In this document: positions 1 through 13,420 of the stretch, one piece after another
How positions within the stretch are numbered: the first letter of the stretch is position 1
Layout: each line of letters starts with the position of its first letter
Source: Octopus vulgaris
Taxonomy: Eukaryota
Length of the DNA: 64,000 bases
Direction: 5' to 3'
Assembly: GCA_951406725.2 (NCBI GenBank)
Contig: OX597840.1
Coordinates: forward strand, 19,096,001-19,160,000
The notes under the pieces: generated by a model
Told to the model about the DNA's origin: nothing
The model's input: the letters and a program-made list of their open reading frames with translations, nothing else
Database searches by the model: none
Translations under genes and position numbers: made by a program

Positions 1-10
1 ATCACTGTTG

Positions 11-53
<43 letters not shown>

Positions 54-199
54 GGAGTGGTAGTTTGCTTACAAACCACATGGTTCCGGGTTCAGTCCTA
101 CTGCGTGGCACCTTGGGCAAGTGTCTTCTACTATAGCCTCGGGCCGACCAAACCTTTGTGAGTGGATTTGATAGACGGAAACTGAAAGAAGCCCGTCGT

Positions 200-271
<72 letters not shown>

Positions 272-480
272 ATTTGTATGTCTGTATTTGTCTCCTCTAC
301 ATCGCTTGACAACTGATGATGGTGTGTTTACGTCCCTGTAACTTAGCGGTTCGGCAAAAGAGACCGATAGAATAAGTACCAGGCATACAAAGAATAAGTC
401 CTGGGGTCGATTTGATCGACTGAAGGCGGTGCTCCAGCATGGCCGCAGTCAAATGACTGAAACAAGTAAAAGAGTAAAGG
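54..480 (+). mobile_element. SINE family A, near full length (tRNA-like head, CORE-like segment, internal (TA)n(TG)n, AAAAGAGT tail)
   Basis: B-box-like GGTTCAGTCC, GGCACCTTGGGCAAGTGTCTT segment and 3' GCTCCAGCATGGCCGCAGTCAAATGACTGAAACAAGTAAAAGAG, all recurring many times in the window. Confidence 0.85.
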
Positions 481-504
481 GAATAAAGAGTATTATTATT
501 TTAT

Positions 505-810
505 GCTTGACTTCTGCTTTTATATAATGTAAATTAAATAAAACAAAGAAATATGTAAATATAGTGAAAGTGTTACACTTCAGGTTCACATTTATATTTT
601 TTATTCTTATTTTTATTTTTAAGGATTGTGTAGGGATCAAGTGGTCAAGTTTGTATATTAAGGTGTGTCTGTACTTTTGTACGAAAAAGTTTTCCTTGTT
701 TAGCCGTTCTTGTAAGGAGATTGAATCATTGCATTGATATAATGGAAAAATATGGTGTTTTACTTCTTGCGCATCTGTCAATACGTTCGCTCAGAACCAT
801 TTGCCTGTTC
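505..810 (-). repeat. Inverted copy of the PLE 3' region (inverted pseudo-LTR segment)
   Basis: Reverse complement aligns to ~2645-2945; ORF 449..781(-) and ORF 2775..2978(+) share QKYRHTLIYKLDHLIPT. Confidence 0.85.
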
Positions 811-829
811 ACACTTTCTATAAACCAAA

Positions 830-3470
830 CATTGTACCAAACTTCAATAATCTACAATGGTAACACCTACTTCGACTAAAAAACGACGAAGACCTGATAA
901 TCAAAGAAGCAGAGAAAGGTAGTGCTGTGTTCCTGATGGACACAGAATAATAAAAAAACCTAGCATTATCCATATTATAAAATGACTCCTTTTATGAAAA
1001 AGTTGCAAATTATAGGCAGCAAAAAACATTAAAAGGTCTTGCATCTTTAATACTCAAACATGAAAAAGGTCTCATAGAAAAAGAAAAGTTTATATCACAA
1101 AGTTTAAAAGCAAACCAAGCCTTTTCTATGGCCTCCCCCGAATCCGGAAGAGTAAGATTATTGCCAATGCCTGTAAATCAAATCGAGGTTTATACATAAA
1201 TATCTCAACACCAGAAAACTTAAAATTAAGGCCGATTATAGCGTCCCCAGCCTGTGAAAAACACCACCTAAGCAATTTTCTGCACTTTTCCTCAGATACA
1301 TTAAAAGTTTCATTAGAGACGATCTGGATATACAAGAACATCTACCAAAAACCAACAACGAAGAAACACTATTAGTTTCCTTCGATGTCATCAACCTCTA
1401 CCCCAACATTCTATATGACTACGGAATAGAGGCAATAAAATTCTGGTTAGAAAAATACCCCGAAGGTCTCCCGGACCGCATAGACCAGACTTTTGTCTTT
1501 GAATCTCTGAAGTTCATCCTACAAAACAATTAATTCCTGTTTGATGAAACATACTACCGCCAAAAATGCGGTATTGCGATGGGAACAAAAGCCGCGCCTG
1601 TCCTTGAGAACCTAATAATGGATTTCTTTGAATCTATGAATTTTCGCTCCAAAGATTTGGATCCCCATTCCACCAGTATATAAGAGAAAATTGGAAAAGG
1701 TACCTAGACGACTGTTTTATCATCAGGAATGAAACATATGATAAAATTCTGGATTTCAAATTTACAATAAACAACATAACCTCCAATATTTAATTTATAA
1801 TGGAATGAAAAGCTCCCAATTCAGGACATTTTGATTTTAAAAAATCCAACAACCAAATTGCAACCGACATCTGCCACAAACCAACAGACTCAAAACAGTA
1901 ACTCTTTTTCAGTTCATGCCATCCTAAACTCACAAAAATAAATATCCCATTCAATCTAGCAAAAGGATCTAGCAAAAATGGGTATATCAGATACAATTGC
2001 AGATTTAATCTATCAAAAAATGTTGTATCAGATACAATTGTTCAATTGTATCTGATACAACCACTCGGGAACTTCGCCTACAAGACCTCAAAAAACACTC
2101 ACTGAACATTAATACCCAACCGCACTTATAGACCATGGAATTAAACATGCCAAAAAACTGGACACAAATACACTAAGGACAACAAAATAAAACACCATAC
2201 CTCATTTTAAATCACCCCCATACATATCAACCCATAACCCCAGAAACAATGAAGCATACAACACATGTGTACAAAATATCCCTTTTCTCACTCAAGACCT
2301 GAAAATGAACAACATTCGGAATACACATAAACCCTTCAAGTGCAAAAGACAACGCAAATCGCTTAAGAGATTCCTAACAAATGCAAAACTGTACTCAACA
2401 CATACCATACCAACAGTTAAAAAATGCGGACGACCTAATTGTGGTACATGCCCAAATATAAGTGAAGGCTCGCAATTCACATTCCAGTAAGGAAAATGTT
2501 TTTCAATTAAAACCAACTTCACGCTTCTCAGAACCTAATTTATATCCTAAACTGTTCAGGTTGTGGCCTCAATTATGTGGGCCCAACGAGCCTTACTTTA
2601 AGACGCAGAGTTACGTTGCATAAAGAACAGATTCGTTTTCTTCAGTACAAGTAGATAGCTCTGAGCGAACATATTGACAGATGCGCAAGAAATAAAACAC
2701 CGAATTTCCAGATTTTCCCATTATACCAATGCAAATATTCAATCTCCTTACAAGGATGCCTAAACAAAGAAAACATGTTTATACAAAAGTACAGACACAC
2801 CTTAATATACAAACTTGACCACCTGATTCCTACACATTCATTAAAAATAAAAATAAAGATAAAAAATAAAAATGTGAACCTGAAATGTAACACTTTCACT
2901 CAATTTACATATTTCTTCGCCCTATTTAATTTATATTATATTATATTAACCAAGGATTTTTTCTTTTGTCTACAATAATTCAATGTTGACAAAATGTGGA
3001 ACTTGTATTATAAATTACACACAAATGTACAGTTGAATATATTGTCAAGTGAAATGGACTTTTTGTACATTTCAATTACAATTTAAATTTTCTATTTCAC
3101 AATTATTCAAATTTGCAATTATTACTTTTTCACATTTCCTGTGGAAATTGCCTCTCATATTATACTTGACTTACTAAAATATGAATTCTAGATCTAACAT
3201 TTTATACTAATTGTATTAATACAAAAATCGCGATTTCAATATCAAATTTATTTACCACTATTCAATAATGCTGAGGAGGTAGTTGTCCTCCTTGCTACCT
3301 GTTGCCTCCCTTTATCCACTCTCTCTATTCATTTTTATTTCTCAAAAAATCCCGAATGGTGTGATTCTTTGTTTCAAGGAATTATTACTTCACAATGTCC
3401 CTTGGAACGCTAATTTAAGTAGCGAAAACCGGTTGGATATCACTACATTTTATGAGACTTTTACCATAAT
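830..3470 (+). mobile_element. Decayed Penelope-like retroelement (RT + GIY-YIG endonuclease + 3' UTR)
   Basis: Motifs across frameshifts and stops: IIKEAEKGSAV, FYGLPRI, LRPII, LVSFDVINLYPNI, QKCGIAMGTKAAP, WKRYLDDCF, KPTD, SSCHP, CGRPNCGTC, NLIYILNCSGCGLNYVG. Confidence 0.92.
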
Positions 3471-3630
3471 ATAAATATATATATATATTATAAAAAGATT
3501 TTAAAACAATGTGAAGGGAAGGCATTTTTCTCCCCCTTTTCTTATATGTGTTTTCAACATATTTTCACTTCGTAATTTTGCCATGTGGTGTATACTGATT
3601 CTCCAGCGCTTTTGCCTCTTCTATTTATAT

Positions 3631-3703
<73 letters not shown>

Positions 3704-4783
3704 TCAACTAAGGATTACATGAAGGGATAGTAAAATTCAATGAAGATACTGGTTTATTGCCTATTATTAATATTGAATATTATATCTAATATTAAAAAAA
3801 TAAGATAATTAGATAAACCGAGGTTTATCATATTTAGTTATGAAAAATAAGAAAATAGAGATAAATCAATTAATAATTATTGATGAATTACAAAAATAGA
3901 CATAATCTCTGACAGCTTTAGAAATCAATTTAAAGAATTAAAACATTATAAAGTTGAATCTCGTGGGAAGTAGGAAATAGATAAACCATTACATTTTTGT
4001 ATTTTTGTGTAAACTTACTGAGCGTATCAGCTGAGTATGGTTTTATAGAAAGAACATGGTATAAACTTTATAAAGGGGGGAAAGGTAGTATGTTTAGGGA
4101 AGATAGTATAAAAAGAATAGAATCATAGTAATAAACCGTATATTTAAGTATCAAATAAATGTAAGGGTAAATGTAATTATAAGAATTTAAGTAATATTAT
4201 ATAATCTGGGTAGTTATTAAAAAGTATAAAAATAAACAATATTTTAATTAACCTTTTAAACTATAATTAATTATAAAGTAATTATTAAGGTAAATATATT
4301 TATAATAATTTATAAAAATTTAAGTAATAAGGGTATATAAATATGTAAATATAATAAGTATTAAAAAAGTGTAATGTAATATGCAAAAATATATTTTTTA
4401 ATGCATGTATGCTATAAATACGATGCAGTCTTCATATGTATAGAGAAACAAATAAATATATAAAATAATAGAGAGTAGAAAGATAAATGGGCATATTGGA
4501 AATCCCCTATTGCGCGAAAATCCACAAGTATTTATCATGCTAAATGTTTGCATTGTTGAATTAAATGGAGTCGCATGAAACGATCGTACTGCATTAACTC
4601 TGGATATCCTTGTTGCTTATTTTGATGTAATATATATATTGTTATCATTCTTCCGGAGTACGCCACTGAAATCGTGATTGGAAATCAAAAATAATCTGTC
4701 CGTGACTCTACAATAACTTTTCCTCGAACATTTTTTCTCGTACTTTTTTATTCTTCTACCTTACTACTTCCGTCTTTCAATAT

Positions 4784-4983
4784 GTGACCTCGTGAGTACC
4801 ACTGGCGATTTTTTCCTCTGTCTTCCCTTCTCTGGATGGATCTTTCCTTCTCCTATGTTTCTGACGAAGAGCTCCGCTCGAAACGTTAAACCCTCCTTCT
4901 TCCCTTCTTTCCTGAGCGTCCAATAATACTTAATTTGTTCCACGTCCTTGCGTTGTTGTGTTTTTTTGTTTTCTTGTTTGGAT

Positions 4984-4989
<6 letters not shown>
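4784..4989 (+). mobile_element. Short HHR-bearing element, family HA copy 1
   Basis: Matches copies at 6540, 11963 and 26643; 3' end runs into (TA)n. Confidence 0.8.
4857..4891 (+). ncRNA. Minimal type I hammerhead ribozyme motif
   Basis: GTTT-CTGACGA-A-GAGC(TCC)GCTC-GAAA-CGT-T-AAAC: stem I GTTT/AAAC, stem II GAGC/GCTC, palindromic ACGT in place of stem III. Confidence 0.75.
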
Positions 4990-5036
<47 letters not shown>

Positions 5037-5764
5037 TAATGCAAAAATATATTGTTTCTTATATTCAAACTTTAAAGTTTACTTAAGTTCAAATAAGGTT
5101 CAATGAAGATGAAATACAAAAATAAATCCGGTAGTGAATAAATAAATAGATAAAAATATATTTAATATACATGCATGTTTGTAATAGAAAAGAGACTAAC
5201 ACCCCTAAAATTAATATTGTGCTGATCAAATAAATAAAGGAATAAAGGAGAGTCCATTGATCAAATTCAGAAATTAATAGCGTTCAATCATACTGGTTTC
5301 ATTAACGATAATTAATATTTAGTATGGGGAGAAAACAGAGGGAATGAAGAACAGGAAAATATAAATAACAGAAGTAAAAACTATATTCGTGCGGTAGAAC
5401 AAAATATCTTATATCAAAGAAAAACATTTTAATTGTTATATTACGGTTGAAGGATAAAATTACATATGTACTATTAAAATATATGCAAGTGAAAAACAGA
5501 GGAAGGATAAATCGCTTATATCCATGAGTAAATTACTATGATTATTATTATAATAGAGGGGGCATTCTATAATGTCGAGATATAGCTGTCAAGGGCATTA
5601 AGTATAGATGGTTGTATTGTCAAAGCATTAAGTGAATATTTTTATTAAGAATATAAACGATATAATAGGTTTAGAATTAAATAAATAAATATATATATAG
5701 AGGGACAAACTCAGATACACAAACATGTACATACATACATACATACATACATACATACATACAT

Positions 5765-6081
<317 letters not shown>

Positions 6082-6220
6082 GTATATATGTGTATATATA
6101 TTCATAAGTTCTCAGCATTTGGGATAGTTAGAAAGAACGATGCCGTTAGGAAAGAGAAAGCAATATGTGTATGTGTGAGGGTTCGGCACGTGCGTGTATG
6201 TGTGTGTGAGAGTGTGTGCA

Positions 6221-6298
<78 letters not shown>

Positions 6299-6453
6299 GG
6301 TGTACGTTTGTGTGTTTGCATGTACACTTACGAACAGAATCAAATAGAAATATGGAAAGGAAAAAAACGAAAAAGTTAAAGGGAATGTGTCTGTGTAGAT
6401 ATATACTTGTGCTCACACACACACACATATATATATAGAGAGAGAGACATGTG

Positions 6454-6539
<86 letters not shown>

Positions 6540-6540
<1 letters not shown>

Positions 6541-6747
6541 GTGACCGCGTGTGTACCGTTGGCGATTTTTTTTCCTGTCTTCACTTCTCTGGATCTTTCC
6601 TTTTCCTATGATTCTGACGAAGAGCTCCGCTCGAAACGTTAAACCTTCCTTCTTTCCTTCTTTCCTGAGCATCCAATAATACTATATTTGTTCCACGTCC
6701 TCGCGTTGTTGTGTTTTCTCTTGGTGTTTTCATGTTTGGATTAACTT
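6540..6747 (+). mobile_element. Short HHR-bearing element, family HA copy 2
   Basis: CTGACGAAGAGCTCCGCTCGAAACGTTAAAC starting at 6614; flanked by (TA)n on both sides. Confidence 0.8.
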
Positions 6748-6757
6748 TATATATACA

Positions 6758-6811
<54 letters not shown>

Positions 6812-6827
6812 ATAATACATATATAAC

Positions 6828-6952
<125 letters not shown>

Positions 6953-6955
6953 ATC

Positions 6956-6986
<31 letters not shown>

Positions 6987-7488
6987 GTATATATATAAAT
7001 ACATGTGTAGATAGATAGATAGGTAGAAGGAAAAGTGGAGAGACAAGCAGACAAGGAGAGTAATGGGCACAACGCACGACAAACGTGCACATATATTACA
7101 GAATCAGTAAGAATTATTTCCAAAGTAACAATAAACAACACCAGTATTAGTAACAACAACAACAACAACAACAGCAACCACAAAAACAATAATGATAATA
7201 ATATCGGAAACATCAATATCAAGAACACAACTGTTCATTAACGCCATGTTATTGATATTGAATAACGTGTATCGTCTTAGCATATGGCTTTTGCTAAATA
7301 TTCTCCATTTGAAAACTGACTTTGCATACATTTGTACAAATATATAAATAGACTATCGATAGTACATGTTTGTATTTGTGTCAGTATATATACGTATGTA
7401 CGTACATATATACTTATGAACATGTATGCTTATATAGATGTTCATACCTATATACATAAATATATATATATATCAACCAATGTGTGCA

Positions 7489-7591
<103 letters not shown>

Positions 7592-7592
7592 A

Positions 7593-7634
<42 letters not shown>

Positions 7635-7637
7635 ATA

Positions 7638-7669
<32 letters not shown>

Positions 7670-7750
7670 GATATATACATATATATATATATACATATAT
7701 ATATAGATATATACATATATATATACATATACACACACATATATATAAAT

Positions 7751-7785
<35 letters not shown>

Positions 7786-8370
7786 CATATTTATATATAT
7801 ATATACATATATATGCACACACTCATAATATATGTGTCTGTATGCATACATATACATATATATGTAATAATGCACACATACAGTATATATATACAGAAAT
7901 GGAAACAGTGATAGAGAGAGAGAGAGAGAGAGAGAAGGAAGGAGAAAGAAAGACAGACAGACAGAAAGAAAGAGACAAGCAAACAGAGAGACACAAAGAA
8001 AGTGAGAGAGAGAACGAATGAAACAGAGAGAGAGGTGCACTGTCTGTAATGGCTGATAACACCTACGTCTGCTCCTTCGCCCAGCCTCACTATATTCCAT
8101 TTAGACTTGAAATAAAAGAATATTTCAGAGGAATATCAGAAAGAGTCTTTGTTCATCAATAAGTTTAACGGTAGTAATCGATATTGTTGCGGTACAGGAT
8201 AGAGAGTGTATCGAACGTCACAAAAATGCGTGTATATATCCCTCTATATCGCAGACTCAAACATCGGATTGCTTCCTTTTGCTTGTAGGAAATATAATAG
8301 ACTATACTATCTTACGTACATATAAACACATGCACACATGCACGCACACACACACATACACACACACGTG

Positions 8371-8491
<121 letters not shown>

Positions 8492-8829
8492 ATGTATATA
8501 TATATGATAGCATTGGGATGTTATAGCTTTACGTATATATATATATATATATGCATATATATATTTTATTTTATTTTATTTATTTATTTATTAAATTGTT
8601 AATTTGCAAATATTATACTAATGTTACTAATGTTACTAATGTTTTTTCGTGGAGAATTACATTTCATCCCAAAAATTCCCCCCAAAATTGATTGTTTGAA
8701 ATGAGAGACAGGAGATTTTGTATTCTAAATATAACTCAAAGTCGAGAAAAAGAAAGAGAGGAAAAAGAAGCAGAGGGGAAAAGAGAAAGAAAGCAAAGTG
8801 ACTTTTAGTGATGACGAAACTGCACCTTT

Positions 8830-9148
8830 TTTGTCTTTTTTAAGTGGTCACCATCCTTAAACCAATTCCAATACAATCGTAAAGGGCTAAATAATTAATA
8901 TATAAATAAATGGTGAATAGGAAGGGGGATAATCCCTCTCTTCCATGTACCTAGCTATCTACCGAGGTTACCGTGGTCTTTTCCGTAGGCTTTTCTTTCC
9001 ACGGGTAAACCTCACCTGTCCTCCCCTTTACACTTCATATTGACATTTCTGTGATAACGATCCCTATTGATCAAATTCCACCCCCCTTTTTTTTTAATTT
9101 TATTTTATCCCCCCCTTTTTTTGTCCTCTTTCTTTCCATTTACGATCC

Positions 9149-9199
<51 letters not shown>

Positions 9200-9348
9200 C
9201 GGCAAAAGAGACCGATAGAATAAGTACTAGGCTTACAAAAAGAATAAGTCCCGGGGTCGAGTTGCTCGACTAAAGGCGGTGCTCCAGCATGGCCACAGTC
9301 AAATGACTGAAACAAGTAAAAGAGTAAAAGAGTAAAGAGTATATGTAT

Positions 9349-9398
<50 letters not shown>

Positions 9399-9460
9399 CT
9401 CTACCTTGTAATTTTGTCCTGTCTGTGTGCAGCCCTGTGTGGCTAATAAAGAAACATATC
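8830..9460 (+). mobile_element. Dispersed repeat, probable LINE 3' end, interrupted by a family A SINE 3' fragment (9197-9341)
   Basis: Segments match 55410-55580 (+) and 62455-62570 (-); ends CAGCCCTGTGTGGCTAATAAAGAAA. Confidence 0.55.
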
Positions 9461-9526
9461 TATCTATCTATATATCTATCTATCTATCTATCTATCGATC
9501 TATCTATCTATCTATCTATCTATCTA

Positions 9527-9788
9527 ATTCAACCTCGGCGGAATTTGAACTCAGAACGTAAAAGACGGACGAAATAACTATTTCTTTACTACCCACAAGG
9601 GGCTAAACACAGATAGGACAAACAAGAACAGACAAACGGATTAAGTTGATTATATCGACCCCAGTGCGTAACTGGTACGCTATTTAATCGATCCTGAAAG
9701 GATGAAAGGCAAAGTCGACCTCGGCGGAATTTGAACTCAGAACGTAGTAGCGGCAGACGAAATAACGTTAACCATTTCGCCCGGCGTA
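9527..9788 (-). mobile_element. SINE family M, partial tandem
   Basis: Reverse complement of the GGTCGACTTTGCCTTTCATCCTTTC...AAGTACCAG central domain. Confidence 0.85.
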
Positions 9789-9935
9789 TATATTCTCTTC
9801 TAAACAAAACCCCTAAAAAGATGTTTTACTTTCACAAAATTTTATTTGACAAGTTCGAGAAAGAAACGAAAGTGCTAATAATTAAGAAATAATAATATCT
9901 TTTCCAAAATTCTGACTTTTTCTTAATATGTATAC

Positions 9936-9978
<43 letters not shown>

Positions 9979-9997
9979 TATATACACATATGTATAC

Positions 9998-10038
<41 letters not shown>

Positions 10039-10041
10039 TAC

Positions 10042-10085
<44 letters not shown>

Positions 10086-10370
10086 CCTAGTGGTTAGGGC
10101 AGCGGACTCGCGGTCGCAGGATCGCGGTTTCGATTCCCAGACCGGGCGTTGTGAGTGTTTATTGAGCGAAAACACCTAAAAGCTCCACGAGGCTCCGGCA
10201 GGGGGTGGTGATCCCTGCTGTACTCTTTCACCAGTCTTTCTCCCACTCTTTCTTCTGTTGGCCTGCTCGCTTAGCCAGCGGGGTGGCGTCATTCGAAGGC
10301 TAAAACAATGCGAAGCACATTGTGACCAGCGATGTGTAACAACATCTGATGGTCTGGTCGGTCACGTGAT
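10086..10370 (+). mobile_element. tRNA-derived SINE family R, tail type 1
   Basis: AGTGGTTAGGGCAGCGGACTCG...GGTTTCGATTCCC head and body shared with 38108-38290. Confidence 0.8.
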
Positions 10371-10394
10371 ATATATATATATACATGTGTGTGA

Positions 10395-10603
<209 letters not shown>

Positions 10604-11029
10604 GTATCCTTATGTATGCATATACATTTGATATACGTATGTATGCGCTTGCGATTCCTTTTTAGAATCTGGAACTTGCACAAATCGTTGCTCGCCGTTC
10701 CTCGTTTCCGATCTTCGAACAAGTTTGATCAATAGAAATGGGAATGTGTCTGTATGAAAGTGAACATGTAAAGGATATTTTAATAACGTTGGATCGATTT
10801 CCATTACAATAAAGACACCAATGTTTGGGAAAACTCTTAGAAAAGTGATAAGAGAAGACAAAAATAAATATGGAATGATAAAAATGTGTAAATAAATAAC
10901 AGCAATATACGTGTATATGCGCGTCGAAATTATCTATAAAGAAGAATTCGACATGGATAGAGTGTATATATAGAAAAATTGCAATTATATTTTGACGTTG
11001 ATGCAAACAATATATCAATATAACCATAT

Positions 11030-11044
11030 TTGTATGTATGTATG

Positions 11045-11078
<34 letters not shown>

Positions 11079-11268
11079 TGTATGTATGTATGTATGTATG
11101 TATGTGTGTATGTATGTATGTATCTATATATGTATGTATGTCTGTCTGTATGTATGTATGTATGTGTGTATGTATGTGTGTATGTATGTATGTATGTATG
11201 TATGTGTGTATGTATGTATGTGTGAATGTATGTATGTATGTATGTGTGTATGTATGTATGTATGTATC

Positions 11269-11302
<34 letters not shown>

Positions 11303-11308
11303 TGTATG

Positions 11309-11341
<33 letters not shown>

Positions 11342-11348
11342 GTGTATG

Positions 11349-11382
<34 letters not shown>
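11030..11382. repeat. (ATGT)n/(GT)n compound microsatellite
   Basis: Direct reading. Confidence 0.95.
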
Positions 11383-11383
11383 A

Positions 11384-11698
11384 AAGCGCGTGGCTTAGTG
11401 GTTAGAGCATTCTAACCACTAAGATCGTGAGTTCAATTCCTGGCGACGTGTTGTGTCCTTGAGCAAGACACTTTATTTCACGTTGCTCCAGTCCGCTCAG
11501 CTGGCAAAAATGAGTAGTGATTGTATTTCAAAGGGCCAGCTTTGTTACACTCCGTGTCACGTTGAATCGCCCTGAGAACTATGATACAGGTACTCGTGTC
11601 TGTGGAGTGCTCAGCCACTTGCACGTGATTTCACGAGCAGGCTGTTCTGTTGATTGTATCAGCTGAAACGATCATCGCCGTAACCGACGGAGTGCTCC
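11384..11698 (+). mobile_element. CORE-like SINE family C, tail type 1
   Basis: TGGCTTAGTGGTTAG head, GTGTCCTTGAGCAAGACACTTTATTTCAC domain; same tail at 36240-36540(-) and 51520-51822(-). Confidence 0.8.
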
Positions 11699-11820
11699 TG
11701 CATATATATATATATATATATAGATCGCTGAGGAGATTCGACAACATATTTGAAAGATTTATTTCTAGAAACAAAACAGTCATTTACAGAAGAGATAAAA
11801 CGGACACTTCCTACTGCCTC

Positions 11821-11855
<35 letters not shown>

Positions 11856-11962
11856 ACACACACAAACGTACACACATACATACACACATCTATATGTGTA
11901 TACGTTTGTGTACACGTGGGTGCGCCGACAATTATACATCATGTATATGTATGTATATATTT

Positions 11963-12098
11963 ATGACCGCGTGTGTACCGTTGGCGATTTTTTTTCCTCC
12001 GTCTTCCCTTCTCTGGATCTTTCCTTTTCCTATGTTTCTGACGAAGAGCTCCGCTCGAAACGTAAAACCCTCCTTATTCCCTTCCTTCCTGAGTGTCC
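11963..12098 (+). mobile_element. Short HHR-bearing element, family HA copy 3 (3' truncated)
   Basis: HHR 12034-12068 GTTT-CTGACGA-A-GAGCTCCGCTC-GAAA-CGT-A-AAAC, with a GUA cleavage triplet. Confidence 0.8.
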
Positions 12099-12529
12099 AT
12101 ATATATATATATATATATATTGGTTTCACTTCTTGGCGCAAAGACAGGAATTTTGCGTGAGGGGTAGATTGATTATATCAACCACAGCGATCTTATTTTA
12201 TCGACCCCGAAAGAATTAAAGACAAAAGCGGCCTCAGCGGAAGATGAATTCAAAACGCACAGACGAAAAAATACCGCTAAGCATTCTGCTCGGCGTGCTA
12301 ACGTTTCGGCCAGCTCGTCGCCTTCATCCATGTGTATATATATATATATATATACATTGGAACTGGCTGTGTAGTAAGAAATTTGCTTCCTAACCACAGC
12401 GTGGCACAATGGGCGAGTGTCTTCTATCAAAGCCTGTGGCCGAAAGGCTGACCAAAAGGTGGTGAGTGGATTTCGCAGTAGGAGACTGAATGAAGCCTGC
12501 CGTATGTGTATATATATGTATAGGTTTTT

Positions 12530-12730
12530 ATTCTTTTATTTGTTTCAGTCATTTGACTGCGGCCATGCTGGAGCCTTGCATTTAGTCGAACTTATCGACT
12601 CCAGGAATTATTCTTTTTAAGCCTACTGATTGTATCGGTTTCTTTTGCCGAACCGCTACGTTATGGGGACGTAAATACACCAATATCGGTTGTGAAGCGA
12701 TTGTTGGGGACAAACACAAACACACACACA

Positions 12731-12818
<88 letters not shown>

Positions 12819-12965
12819 ACGGGCTTCTTTCAGTTTCCGTCTTCCAAATCCACTCACAAGGCTTTGGTTGGCCTGAGGCTATAGTAGAATACACTCGCCT
12901 AGTTGGACTGAACTCGGAACCATGTAGCTGGTAAGCAAGCTACTTACTACACAGCCACTCCTCCG
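12530..12965 (-). mobile_element. SINE family A, full length
   Basis: Both halves plus internal (CA)n(TA)n. Confidence 0.85.
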
Positions 12966-13189
12966 TCTCTCTCTCTATATATATACGCATATACATGCAA
13001 ATATCTATGTGCTTTTGTGTTGGTGTTTGTCCTCCACCACTACTTGATAACTGGGATGGTTTTTTTCACGTCTCCAGAACTTTGTGGTTCGACAAAGCGA
13101 CCGATAGGATAAACACCAGGCTTAAAAAAGCAAGCACCTACTATGTCTCAGCATGGCTTCAGCCTAATGAGAGAAACAATTAAAAAATA

Positions 13190-13243
<54 letters not shown>

Positions 13244-13248
<5 letters not shown>

Positions 13249-13420
13249 GAGTTTACGAAACAAACAAAAGACGAAGACAGGTGGGGTACAAAACAAACAG
13301 ATGTATTAGTATAACTCTCAGGAACTGAAAAAGTCTTTTACGTTTCGAGCCTATGCTCTTCTACAGAAAGGGACTCAGTAAACAAGGAGAGAAAAATGTG
13401 TGTAGTGGCTAACGATGTTC
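13244..13420 (-). mobile_element. Short HHR-like element, family HB copy 1
   Basis: Minus strand of 13335-13370: CTTT-CTGTAGA-A-GAGC(ATAG)GCTC-GAAA-CGT-A-AAAG; abuts (TA)n. Confidence 0.78.

Noticed and set aside
4555-4630. GAAACGATCGTA palindrome resembling an HHR 3' half (related copy ~59925-59995)
   Set aside because: No CUGANGA half could be located upstream.
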